Shown piece by piece: positions 9,655 to 18,291 of a stretch of 64,000 nucleotides of DNA. Source of the stretch: Saprospiraceae bacterium (GTDB lineage: Bacteria > Bacteroidota > Bacteroidia > Chitinophagales > Saprospiraceae). Within the stretch, counting starts at the first letter, position 1. Each line of letters opens with the position of its first letter. The notes under the pieces were generated by a model. It worked only from the letters and a program-made list of their open reading frames with translations, searched no databases and had not been told where the DNA came from. Position numbers and translations under genes: made by a program. The stretch spans positions 49,016 to 113,015 of the forward strand of contig JBGCFY010000046.1 in the NCBI GenBank assembly GCA_045110315.1, given 5' to 3'.

Positions 9655-10041
9655 ATGGCTTACGAAGCAGAAGGTCGTTTATACAAAAAATTTGATACGG
9701 CACAAGTAACAGATTCTTTTAAGAAAAGAGAATTTGTTTTAGAAATAGAAGACGGCGCTTATACACAATTGATCAAATTTCAATTGACGCAAAACAATTG
9801 TGATAAGTTGGAGCCTTTCAACGAAGGCGATACAGTAAAAATTAATTTTTCCTTGCGAGGAAGAGAATATACGAAAGAAGGTCGTACGAGTTATTTCACC
9901 AATTTAGATGCGTGGAGAGTAGAAGGTGTCAGCAATAATGCTAGTGCGCCAGCTCAACCGGCAGCGGGGGCGGGATTAAACGATTTCCCTAAAGCAGATG
10001 ATGCACCGGCTATTGATGCAAATGACGATTTACCCTTCTAA
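9655..10041 (+). CDS. DUF3127-like small protein
   Basis: 128 aa. FKKREFVLEIEDGAYTQLIKFQLTQNNCDKLEPFNEGDTVKINFSLRGREY matches my recollection of the OB-like DUF3127 family common in Bacteroidota. The C-terminal tail is Ala/Pro/Asp-rich. Confidence 0.65.
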   Translation: MAYEAEGRLYKKFDTAQVTDSFKKREFVLEIEDGAYTQLIKFQLTQNNCDKLEPFNEGDTVKINFSLRGREYTKEGRTSYFTNLDAWRVEGVSNNASAPAQPAAGAGLNDFPKADDAPAIDANDDLPF

Positions 10042-10223
10042 GTTTATAGTACCATGGAATTGATTATTCGACAGGATTCAAGAGATTCATTTCTTTTGAA
10101 TCCTGTTTGATTTTATGTATCTTATCTATTAGAAAGTCTTTTACATCACTCCCCCGATTCCCTCCCTTGGATTTGTAATTGATACGCTTGGACAATATTT
10201 CAGACCGCTTAGTCTTTATATCT

Positions 10224-10766
10224 ATGATGAAATTAATAGCTACTACTTTATTTTTGGGTCTTTTCCCTTTTTTATTAATTGGACAAACACTTACGGCCAT
10301 CGCCGCACGCTGGGATGACAATTTGACCGAATGGAATATCTTCACGGACGATGACGACGAAGCACAAGGACAATTAGAAGTGCGCTGGGGAAGAGAAGGC
10401 AGGGAATGGGATTATCGAATTGATGAATATATCGGAAGCATAGAACAACGCTGGCGAGAAGATCCAACGCAATGGGAAATGAGAGGCGACAATGAGATTA
10501 TTACAGCACGCACCATCTGGTTTGATAATCTTACCGAGTGGCGACTGACGGATAACGACATTACCTTAACCCTGAAACCGCGCTGGGGGACTTTTGCCAA
10601 CGAATGGGTCATTGAGGAAGAGAAGTATGGTAAATTCGAAATGTACACCGAATATGAATTTGATCCACGAGATTGGGTCATCATCGACGAATTAGATGAA
10701 GACATTAGTCTAAATATGAAAATGGCGATTGTATTCTTGGTAGTTTACCATAGCATCAGAGAATAA
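10224..10766 (+). CDS. hypothetical protein with signal/anchor sequence and Trp-rich repeats
   Basis: The ORF track starts at 10179. ATG at 10224 gives MMKLIATTLFLGLFPFLLIGQ. Five to six RW-x6-W units are present (RWDDNLTEW, RWGREGREW, RWREDPTQW, IWFDNLTEW, RWGTFANEW). The C-terminus is hydrophobic (MAIVFLVVYHSI). Confidence 0.55.
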   Translation: MMKLIATTLFLGLFPFLLIGQTLTAIAARWDDNLTEWNIFTDDDDEAQGQLEVRWGREGREWDYRIDEYIGSIEQRWREDPTQWEMRGDNEIITARTIWFDNLTEWRLTDNDITLTLKPRWGTFANEWVIEEEKYGKFEMYTEYEFDPRDWVIIDELDEDISLNMKMAIVFLVVYHSIRE

Positions 10767-10812
10767 AAAACGTCATTCCTGAGAAATCCTCAACAATGAC
10801 GTTTTAAGTTTT
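10765..10812. terminator. bidirectional intrinsic terminator between convergent genes
   Basis: AAAACGTCATT (10767-10777) pairs with AATGACGTTTT (10795-10805) across a 17-nt loop. An A-run lies upstream and a T-rich tail downstream. It sits between the stops at 10766 (+) and 10830 (-). Confidence 0.6.
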
Positions 10813-10829
10813 GCTAGTAGCAAAAATTT

Positions 10830-11291
10830 TTAGCCAACTTTTTCTAAAATCTGTGCTGCGTGATCTTTTGCTTTCACTTTTGTATATAGCCCTCCGATCT
10901 TTCCTTTCTCGTCAATTACGAAAGTAGTACGAAATACCCCATCATATTTTTTTCCAAACATTTGTTTCTGTCCCCAGACTTTGTAGGCTTGTAAAACGGT
11001 TTGATCCGTATCCGCAAGTAATGGGAAAGGCAGTTCATGCTTTTTAATGAAATTCTGATGCTTCTTAGCACTATCAGGACTGACGCCCAATAATTCAAAT
11101 CCTGCCGCTTTTAATTCTGCGTAGTTATCTCTCAAGTTACAAACTTCTACGGTACAAGTTGGCGTATTATCTTTAGGATAAAAAAACAAAATTAATTTTT
11201 TGCCTTTGTAATCCTTTAAGCTGATACTTTCACCATTCTCATCAAGCGCTGTAAAATCGGGTGCTTTATCTCCTATCTTTAAAGTTGTCAT
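10830..11291 (-). CDS. bcp: thioredoxin-dependent thiol peroxidase (peroxiredoxin Bcp)
   Basis: 153 aa with the block KKLILFFYPKDNTPTCTVEVCNLRD and overall Bcp/PrxQ layout. Confidence 0.9.
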   Translation of the reverse strand: MTTLKIGDKAPDFTALDENGESISLKDYKGKKLILFFYPKDNTPTCTVEVCNLRDNYAELKAAGFELLGVSPDSAKKHQNFIKKHELPFPLLADTDQTVLQAYKVWGQKQMFGKKYDGVFRTTFVIDEKGKIGGLYTKVKAKDHAAQILEKVG

Positions 11292-11379
11292 TAGTAGTGT
11301 TTTAAATTTTAAAATACGTTGTATGAATCTAACAGTTTAAAACTAAAGTTGTTGAGTTAAAACTGCAACTTTGGCATAG

Positions 11380-13104
11380 TTAGCGTGTAAAAGGGCGTTC
11401 AAAGACAGAGCGATTCCCTTGATGATCTTGAACTTCCAAGCGCAGTACATGCTTCCCTTTCCCGATTCGTCCGTCGAAGCGATGCGTTAGTAAATCCTTT
11501 TTGGCGTCGTAGGAAAAAAGTATCCATTGTCCATCTACTGTGGCAGTGTAACTAAACTCATCTAAGTTGCGCGCTACGGAATAGTTTTCTTTGATGGCAA
11601 AGCTCATTTTAGAAAAGCCACGCATATCTTTTTTAAATCTTTTAGGAATAATTCGAGGTGCTTTTTTATCAACCATAATGGAGTAATCTCCAAAGTCTCT
11701 CACCTTCGCCATTAGCCGGCCATCTTTCCAAGTACCACCACAGTTTTTTACTTTGTTATTTTTACCACAATACGCAATGAACGCCTTCCCACGTAGAGAA
11801 TCTGGCAAACCTACTGGTTGAATTCCTATATCGAAATAACGGTGAACGGGCATTTTGTAATCATGGATATGATGGACGGAGGAATAGACATCATTAGATT
11901 TTTCGGCACTGGCTTGGTATTGTAAATATAGTGGTTCGTAAAGGCTATTTTTGGGAAAGAATAAATATAGCGAAGAGGTTTCAATCATATTTTCCTCTTG
12001 GTAAGGTAGAATATAGTTGTACGTTTTTGATTTTGGTGTGGAAATTTCTTTGCGCTTGACCCAGAACTCTAAGCTTGCCGTATTTCCGTCATAATCTTTA
12101 GCTTTGAGGGTAATTTTGCTCGTCTGATGTTGGTGCAAATCAATTACACCATTCCCTAATTGATTTGGGTAAATCGATAATTTATTTCCCGGAAGGGCAT
12201 AACAACGATTAAAATAACTCTTCTTCGTTACTTGCTCTTCGTAATCTAAATGTGCATTGATATAGCGCGTTTCATCGAAGGCAAAAGTTTCCATTTCAAA
12301 ATCATAGATCAACTGATCATCTTGATACATAGCCACCGAATAAACCCCATTCCAATTCGCAACCCCAGCAAAATGATCGTAAGTTTTCAACCCGAATCCT
12401 GCGCGCCATGCGCCAATGCTCATTGTGTCTCCCTTGATCTTATAACGATTATTTTTTAGTTTAATCAATTTAAGCGTTTTGGTCGCTTGGGTAACTCTTT
12501 TATCGTTGAGGGAATAGATTTTAAGCTCGTGGAGCTTTGGAGGGCGATTATCTGTTACTTGAATGCCGAAGAGTAAAGGATTGATAGGCTTTTCCGTTTT
12601 GGTATCTCGAATTTCGAAGTGTAAATGTGGTCCATAGGATCGACCAGAAAGCCCTAATTTCCCGAGTTCTTCACCTTTGTCTAAGGAGAATTCTCCTGGT
12701 TTGGGGAAAAGTTCTAGCTCATAAGTTTGTGCTTTGTACTGTGCCGTTTTAACATAATTTTCCAAAGCTTTGCTAAAGCGATCAAGGTGCGCATAGACAC
12801 TCGTATACCCGTTGGGATGATCTACGTAAATCACTTTGCCATAGCCTCCCGCAGCTACTTTTACACGCGAGACGTAACCTTCTGCAATTGCCAAAATGGG
12901 TTCTCCGGTTTTACCATTCCGCGATTTAATGTCGATGCCTGCGTGGAAATGATTAGGTCTTAATTCTCCGAATGTACCAGACAGTTTGATACTATGCGTA
13001 ACGGGAGAACGGAAATAATCTTGTGGATAGTTTTTACGCAAAGGCAAAGAACTAAAGCTCAATGCACTAATAAAAATAACGAAAAGGAAAAGTACTATTC
13101 GCAT
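11380..13104 (-). CDS. M23-family metallopeptidase
   Basis: Signal peptide is present. Zinc ligand blocks are HFHAGIDI and GPHLHFEIRD. A large C-terminal extension follows. Confidence 0.85.
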   Translation of the reverse strand: MRIVLFLFVIFISALSFSSLPLRKNYPQDYFRSPVTHSIKLSGTFGELRPNHFHAGIDIKSRNGKTGEPILAIAEGYVSRVKVAAGGYGKVIYVDHPNGYTSVYAHLDRFSKALENYVKTAQYKAQTYELELFPKPGEFSLDKGEELGKLGLSGRSYGPHLHFEIRDTKTEKPINPLLFGIQVTDNRPPKLHELKIYSLNDKRVTQATKTLKLIKLKNNRYKIKGDTMSIGAWRAGFGLKTYDHFAGVANWNGVYSVAMYQDDQLIYDFEMETFAFDETRYINAHLDYEEQVTKKSYFNRCYALPGNKLSIYPNQLGNGVIDLHQHQTSKITLKAKDYDGNTASLEFWVKRKEISTPKSKTYNYILPYQEENMIETSSLYLFFPKNSLYEPLYLQYQASAEKSNDVYSSVHHIHDYKMPVHRYFDIGIQPVGLPDSLRGKAFIAYCGKNNKVKNCGGTWKDGRLMAKVRDFGDYSIMVDKKAPRIIPKRFKKDMRGFSKMSFAIKENYSVARNLDEFSYTATVDGQWILFSYDAKKDLLTHRFDGRIGKGKHVLRLEVQDHQGNRSVFERPFTR

Positions 13105-13165
13105 GAAAATTTGTTTTGATGATTTTCTAGCAATGAAGTTATTTAATAATTCGATGACAAGTAAA

Positions 13166-13209
13166 TACTAAGACAAATTTTTTTTACCATTAAATTGTGT
13201 TAGTACTTA
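13166..13209. repeat. palindromic intergenic repeat, copy A (GTACTAAG family)
   Basis: tactaagacaaattttttttaccattaaAttgtgttagtactta is identical to 39823-39866 except at one base. The arms AATACTAAGACAA and TTGTGTTAGTACT form an imperfect 13-bp stem. It lies between the aat stop and the M23 peptidase start. Confidence 0.8.
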
Positions 13210-13331
13210 ACTACAGAACGTTTAAAGTAACGGCGCTATTTCTCTATTGTTTAAGAATCTATTGTTTAAGAAAAGAATTGAAATATTCCTAACTGAAAGT
13301 TTATTATATTGAAATTTGAGTACCAATACAA

Positions 13332-14051
13332 CTAAGCATTTTTCCAGATGAGCTTAGGATCGAAACGAGGTCCCCAACTTTCTTGGACGGTTTCTACTAT
13401 CGCATTATTAGCCATTATTTTCAGAAAGTCTTTTCTAGGAATACCGCGTCCACCCAAAGTTTCTAGGTGTTGCGTTTCTTGTTGGCAATCTACGAGTTCG
13501 TAGCCCCAAGCATCTAGGTGTTTCACCAAGCTAATAAAACCAAATTTAGAAGCATTGCTAACTTTTGCGAACATCGATTCCCCGTAGAAACATTTCCCTA
13601 GTGCTACGCCATAAAGCCCTCCGACTAATGCTCCATCTTGCCAAACTTCAACGGAATGTGCAAAGCCTAAATCAAATAGACGCGTATAGGCATCAATCAT
13701 ATCCGTTGAGATCCAAGTGCTACCATTTTGTCCTTTCCGCGGCTGTTGTTGACAGGAACGAATGACACCATCAAAATCTTGATCAAAACTTAATTCCAGC
13801 TTTTTTTGATTGAAATAAGGACGCATACTCTTCGAAATTTTGAGCTCGTCGGGAAAGACTACAAAACGGGGATCAGGACTCCACCAGAGAATTGGATCTT
13901 CGGGATTGAACCAAGGGAAAAGACCAATTCTGTACGCTAGTAATAAGCGATCGACAGATAAATCACCTCCTACAGCAAGAATACCATCCTCGTTGGCTAG
14001 TTCAGGATGTGGAAAGGTAAGTTCATTTTCTGTTAACCAAAATACAGGCAC
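13332..14051 (-). CDS. aat: leucyl/phenylalanyl-tRNA--protein transferase
   Basis: 239 aa. Shows GILAVGGDLSVDRLLLAYRIGLFPWFNPEDPILWWSPDPR ... GGLYGVALGKCFYGESMF, typical of L/F-transferase. Confidence 0.9.
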   Translation of the reverse strand: MPVFWLTENELTFPHPELANEDGILAVGGDLSVDRLLLAYRIGLFPWFNPEDPILWWSPDPRFVVFPDELKISKSMRPYFNQKKLELSFDQDFDGVIRSCQQQPRKGQNGSTWISTDMIDAYTRLFDLGFAHSVEVWQDGALVGGLYGVALGKCFYGESMFAKVSNASKFGFISLVKHLDAWGYELVDCQQETQHLETLGGRGIPRKDFLKIMANNAIVETVQESWGPRFDPKLIWKNA

Positions 14052-14238
14052 TTCGGGTATTTATTTTAGGTGTTAAACTAGCACATGTTACAAGCTCTCG
14101 GTATCAAGTTGTACGAATTGCGCTTGATGTGAAGTAGTGCAGTAACACAACTATTATTTTTTTTAGACGTATCGTAGAATTGTGACCAGAATTTCTTTGG
14201 TAAAGAAAAGTCTCTTTGAACAACTTCATTCATAAAAA

Positions 14239-14268
14239 TACAGCAATGACCTTTTGACCATTGCTGTA
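14239..14268 (-). terminator. intrinsic terminator downstream of clpS
   Basis: TACAGCAATG (14239-14248) pairs perfectly (10 bp) with CATTGCTGTA (14259-14268). On the minus strand it is followed by TTTTTAT. It lies 31 nt after the clpS stop. Confidence 0.65.
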
Positions 14269-14298
14269 TTGAGCGTAATTCTCTAGAAAAAGTTAAGT

Positions 14299-14598
14299 TT
14301 ACTTAGTCGTTTCAATCACTGCGGATAGACCTCTATCCACTAAAGCATCCTTAAAAGGTTTCAGAACTAATTTTGGAGCGGTCTTCACTGTTGCTTTGCC
14401 TTTAAAATGAATGAGTAAAGAAAGCTGTTCTGCTTGTTCAGAACTATAGTTTAGGATTTCAACGAAAGATTGGATAACCCAATCAAAAGTATTAACCTCA
14501 TCATTATAAACAATTAGCTGCGACTGTATTCCAACATCCGTTGATGCTTCCATCAGGAGCACTTCTTCTATATCTTCTGTAGTTTGGTTATAGCCCAT
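14299..14598 (-). CDS. clpS: ATP-dependent Clp protease adaptor ClpS
   Basis: 99 aa. LIVYNDEVNTFDWVIQSFVEILNYSSEQAEQLSLLIHFKGKATV matches the ClpS core. Confidence 0.9.
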   Translation of the reverse strand: MGYNQTTEDIEEVLLMEASTDVGIQSQLIVYNDEVNTFDWVIQSFVEILNYSSEQAEQLSLLIHFKGKATVKTAPKLVLKPFKDALVDRGLSAVIETTK

Positions 14599-14810
14599 TA
14601 TAAAATATTTTTATTATAAATACATTAAATACATTGTAACATAAATTTATTTGCTTTTTGAATATGTCTTTTCGCCTCACTCTTTGTCACGTCCTCACCT
14701 TGATCGCTATGGCTATCAGATTCCGGGCATTTCTCGATTGACACTAAAACTCATTATCCAAAATTTTAACTAACTTATGTTGCAGCATATTAAACTTAGT
14801 AATATATAAA

Positions 14811-15281
14811 CTAGTTTAGGCGCGATAAAGTTTCCTTTACTTTAGAAAAATCTGGTAAATCGCCCGCAGATTCTAATACTTCTGCATACTGTACCATTCC
14901 TTCTTTGTCGATCACAAAAGCTGCTCGTTTTGAGACCCCTTTCATATCCAAAACAAAATCTTCGTATAAAGCGCCGTAAGCACGAGATACATTTTTGTTA
15001 AAATCGGATAAAAGTGGAAAATTATATTTTTCTGTTTCTTTAAATTTCTCTAGTGTAAATAAGGAATCTACAGATACGGCTAGAATTTGAGCATCCAATT
15101 CTTCATAAGTTCCAATATCGTCTCTCATCGTACAGAGCTCCGTGGTACATACTCCCGTAAATGCTAGAGGAAAAAATAACAATACGACATTTTTACCTTT
15201 ATAATTTTCTAAAGAAACTTCAGAAGTATCCGAAGCTCGAAGGGTGAAATTAGGGGCTTTATCTCCAATCTTAATAATCAT
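14811..15281 (-). CDS. peroxiredoxin (AhpC/TSA family)
   Basis: 156 aa with the block KNVVLLFFPLAFTGVCTTELCTMRD. Confidence 0.85.
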   Translation of the reverse strand: MIIKIGDKAPNFTLRASDTSEVSLENYKGKNVVLLFFPLAFTGVCTTELCTMRDDIGTYEELDAQILAVSVDSLFTLEKFKETEKYNFPLLSDFNKNVSRAYGALYEDFVLDMKGVSKRAAFVIDKEGMVQYAEVLESAGDLPDFSKVKETLSRLN

Positions 15282-15584
15282 TTTATTGCTAGTGTTTATA
15301 GGGTGAAAAGTTCATTTTGACCGGCAGCACCGTGGCAAAATGAAGTAAAATCTTGTTGCTAAGAAATTTTCGCTTAAGCTAGGAGTTATTTTAAACTCGT
15401 CTCCATTCTGTAAAATTCTAGAAATTCGAAAAAGCCTAAGTTTTCAAAGATATGGAATTGCGTTGAATTTTTAATTGATGTACGCTCAAAATTGATCGCA
15501 AAAATGTAAATTTTAGCTATATTCGGCGAATATGACGAAAATCATACTTTTTTTAAACTCATTTTCTACTCTTTTCCTACTCGA

Positions 15585-16499
15585 ATGAAGGCAAAACAGC
15601 GTGCTTACCTAGAACTACATTTCGCCGTACTTTTGTTTGGTTTGACCGCTATTCTGGGAGACCTTATTCATCTATCTGCTTTATTGATCGTATGGTGGCG
15701 CGTTTTGATTACCTGTATCAGTCTCTTTTTTTTGATTCGCTTTGGCAAATTCTTAAGAGAAATTCCCCGTAAGATTGTGCTCCAATTTATGGGAATTGGC
15801 GTTTTAGTAGCGCTCCATTGGCTTTGTTTTTTTGGTGCTGTTAAGTATTCTAATGCCTCGATCTGTTTGGTTTGTATGGCAACAACTTCTTTTTTCACTT
15901 CCTTTTTAGAGCCCTTATTACTACAACAACGCATCAAATGGTACGAAATCCTTTTGGGTTTATTGATTATTCCTGGGATGGTTTTGGTGGTAAACAATAC
16001 AGAACTTTCGATGATGGCGGGCATTGCCGTTGGGCTACTTTCCGCTTTTCTCGCGGCAGTTTTTTCTATTCTCAATAAAAAAATGGTTGATCAAGCGGAC
16101 CCGATGAGTATTACTTTTTTAGAATTAGGTAGTGCTTGGTTGTTTCTTAGCTTGCTCTTACCTTTTTACTTCTATTATAATCCCGAAGCAAGCTTTCTAC
16201 CTAATCAAACTGACCTCGGCTACTTAGCGATCTTAGCTCTGTTGTGTACGACGCTTGCTTACGTACTTTCTCTCCGAGCGCTAAAACATATTTCTGCTTT
16301 CGCTTCTAACTTGACCATTAATCTAGAACCCGTTTACGGAATTTTACTCGCTTACTTTATCCTACAAGAAAACGAAGAATTAAGTAATGGTTTTTACTAC
16401 GGTGTCTGCATCATTTTGATCGCCGTTTTTTCCTATCCCTTTTTGACAAGACTATTTGAAAATAAAGATATGGTAGGAAGCAACGAAGAAATTTCTTAA
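15585..16499 (+). CDS. EamA/DMT-family transporter
   Basis: 304 aa with about 10 predicted TM helices in two similar halves, typical of the drug/metabolite transporter superfamily. Confidence 0.75.
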   Translation: MKAKQRAYLELHFAVLLFGLTAILGDLIHLSALLIVWWRVLITCISLFFLIRFGKFLREIPRKIVLQFMGIGVLVALHWLCFFGAVKYSNASICLVCMATTSFFTSFLEPLLLQQRIKWYEILLGLLIIPGMVLVVNNTELSMMAGIAVGLLSAFLAAVFSILNKKMVDQADPMSITFLELGSAWLFLSLLLPFYFYYNPEASFLPNQTDLGYLAILALLCTTLAYVLSLRALKHISAFASNLTINLEPVYGILLAYFILQENEELSNGFYYGVCIILIAVFSYPFLTRLFENKDMVGSNEEIS

Positions 16500-16536
16500 G
16501 TGCTTTCTCTCCGAGCAATTCTTTTATACTAGGAAG

Positions 16537-16567
16537 TTGTTTAACGTAGGCTTTTCTCCTATTTTTG
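16537..16567 (+). promoter_or_regulatory. candidate Bacteroidota sigma-A promoter
   Basis: TTG at 16537-16539, then a 20-nt spacer, then TATTTTTG (16560-16567; TAnnTTTG -7 consensus). It lies 16 nt upstream of ATG 16584. Confidence 0.4.
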
Positions 16568-16583
16568 CAAAAAGAAATCATTT

Positions 16584-17219
16584 ATGAATTTTGCCTTAAA
16601 AAAGATTAATGCTTATTGCGAAGCTCACACTACCAAACAATCCGAGGTATTGTACGAGCTAGAACGAGAAACCTATCTCAAAACGCTCGCGCCACAAATG
16701 TTATCAGGACATTTGCAAGGACAGTTTTTGAGCTTTATCAGTCAAATGATTCAACCGAAGTGTATTCTTGAAATTGGTACTTTTACCGGTTACTCCGCAA
16801 TTGCTTTAGCCAAAGGACTTGCCCCGGATGGTATGTTGCATACGATTGAAGCCAACGAAGAGCTTGCACATATTAGCAATAAATACATCAAAAAAGCAGG
16901 GCTGAGCGATCGCATTACAACTTACTGTACAGATGCTAAAGTACTCATCAAAACATTAGACTTGACTTTTGATTTGGTCTTTATTGATGCAGGTAAAAAT
17001 GACTATGAACTTTACTACGACTTGGTTTTTGATAAAGTAAAATCGGGCGGCTATCTCTTAGCAGACAACGTACTTTGGAGTGGAAAGGTGGTACAAGCTA
17101 CGCACGATAAAGACACACAAACGATCGATCGATTCAACAAAAAGATACAGCAAGATCCGCGAGTAGAAAATGTTTTATTACCGATTAGAGATGGATTAAT
17201 TTTAGTGCGTAAGCGATAA
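16584..17219 (+). CDS. class I SAM-dependent O-methyltransferase (family 3, caffeoyl-CoA OMT-like)
   Basis: 211 aa. SAM motif ILEIGTFTGYSAIALAKGL, plus FIDAGKNDY and LLADNVLWSGKV. Confidence 0.85.
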   Translation: MNFALKKINAYCEAHTTKQSEVLYELERETYLKTLAPQMLSGHLQGQFLSFISQMIQPKCILEIGTFTGYSAIALAKGLAPDGMLHTIEANEELAHISNKYIKKAGLSDRITTYCTDAKVLIKTLDLTFDLVFIDAGKNDYELYYDLVFDKVKSGGYLLADNVLWSGKVVQATHDKDTQTIDRFNKKIQQDPRVENVLLPIRDGLILVRKR

Positions 17220-17240
17220 GCAAGCACTTTTTTATTTGTT

Positions 17241-18287
17241 TTGCCCCTGAATTATTTGCTTATGAAAAATGTGCAACAATGGCTCCTTCCCCTGGCCAAA
17301 CCTTTCTCGTTGAATCATTTCATTCACTTGAGTGGTCAACGTTTATTGTTGCCTTTTTACCACAGTATTAAAGCTAAAAGTAAACTACCGCATCTCGAAA
17401 ACCTGTATCCGCTCCGCACCAAAGAACAGTTTGAAGCAGATTTAGATTATCTTTTGGAACATTACGAGGCGATCAGTCTTTCAGAGTTAGTTGCTTGCAT
17501 CGAAGAGGATAAGGAAGTTCGAAAAAATAGTTTTTTCCTTTCTTTTGACGATGGCTTACGAGCTTGCTACGATCTCATTGCTCCTATTTTAAAACGCAAA
17601 GGTGTTCCTGCTTGCTTTTTTTTAAACTCGGCTTTTGTAGATAATCAAAAATTATTTTATCGCTATAAAGTGAGTCTACTCCTTGATCAAATCAATCACA
17701 AACCACCGAGTAAAAGCTTGACCAAAAAGTTAGAAACAATCTTGCAAAAAAGTGAGTTAGAAGGCTGGACGATGCGCGAACAAATCCTTTCCATCAACTA
17801 TCAGCAAAAAGAGCTTATCGAAGAATTAGCACAATTGCTAAAAGTAGACTTTAAAAAATTTTTAGTACAAGAACAACCATACCTAACCACTACTCAAATT
17901 CAAGCAATGGAAAAAGATGGTTTTCAGTTTGGTGCGCACAGCATTGATCATCCCTTATACGAAGATCTCAGTCCATTGGATCAAATTGTACAGACGAAGG
18001 AAAGCCTACATTTTATTGAAACGCATTGCCGACAAGCGATTCGTAGTTTTGCATTTCCTTTTACCGACGATGGTGTTTCTGCTTCTTTTTTTGATAAAAT
18101 GCACCAAGAACAGATTCTTGATATTTCTTTTGGAACCGCAGGTTTGAAAAAAGATAGTTGCCCATTTCATTTTCAACGACTACCGATGGAAGTTGGAGCT
18201 TACAGCGCAGCAGAAATTATAAAGAGCACCTATGCTTACTATTTAGCGAAAGCGCCACTAGGAAAAAACTTAGTACTCCGGTCGTAA
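17241..18287 (+). CDS. polysaccharide deacetylase (NodB homology domain)
   Basis: Shows LSFDDGLRACYD (the DD motif) and GAHSIDHP (the His motif). The ORF-track start is TTG 17241; an alternative ATG is at 17262. Confidence 0.8.
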   Translation: MPLNYLLMKNVQQWLLPLAKPFSLNHFIHLSGQRLLLPFYHSIKAKSKLPHLENLYPLRTKEQFEADLDYLLEHYEAISLSELVACIEEDKEVRKNSFFLSFDDGLRACYDLIAPILKRKGVPACFFLNSAFVDNQKLFYRYKVSLLLDQINHKPPSKSLTKKLETILQKSELEGWTMREQILSINYQQKELIEELAQLLKVDFKKFLVQEQPYLTTTQIQAMEKDGFQFGAHSIDHPLYEDLSPLDQIVQTKESLHFIETHCRQAIRSFAFPFTDDGVSASFFDKMHQEQILDISFGTAGLKKDSCPFHFQRLPMEVGAYSAAEIIKSTYAYYLAKAPLGKNLVLRS

Positions 18288-18291
18288 AGGT

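Noticed and set aside
14664-14741. 25-codon + strand ORF (MSFRLTLCHVLTLIAMAIRFRAFLD) in the clpS/peroxiredoxin spacer, considered as a small hydrophobic (type I toxin-like) peptide
   Set aside because: There is no recognisable promoter, no antisense partner and no conservation evidence available. It is too short to distinguish from chance in this spacer.
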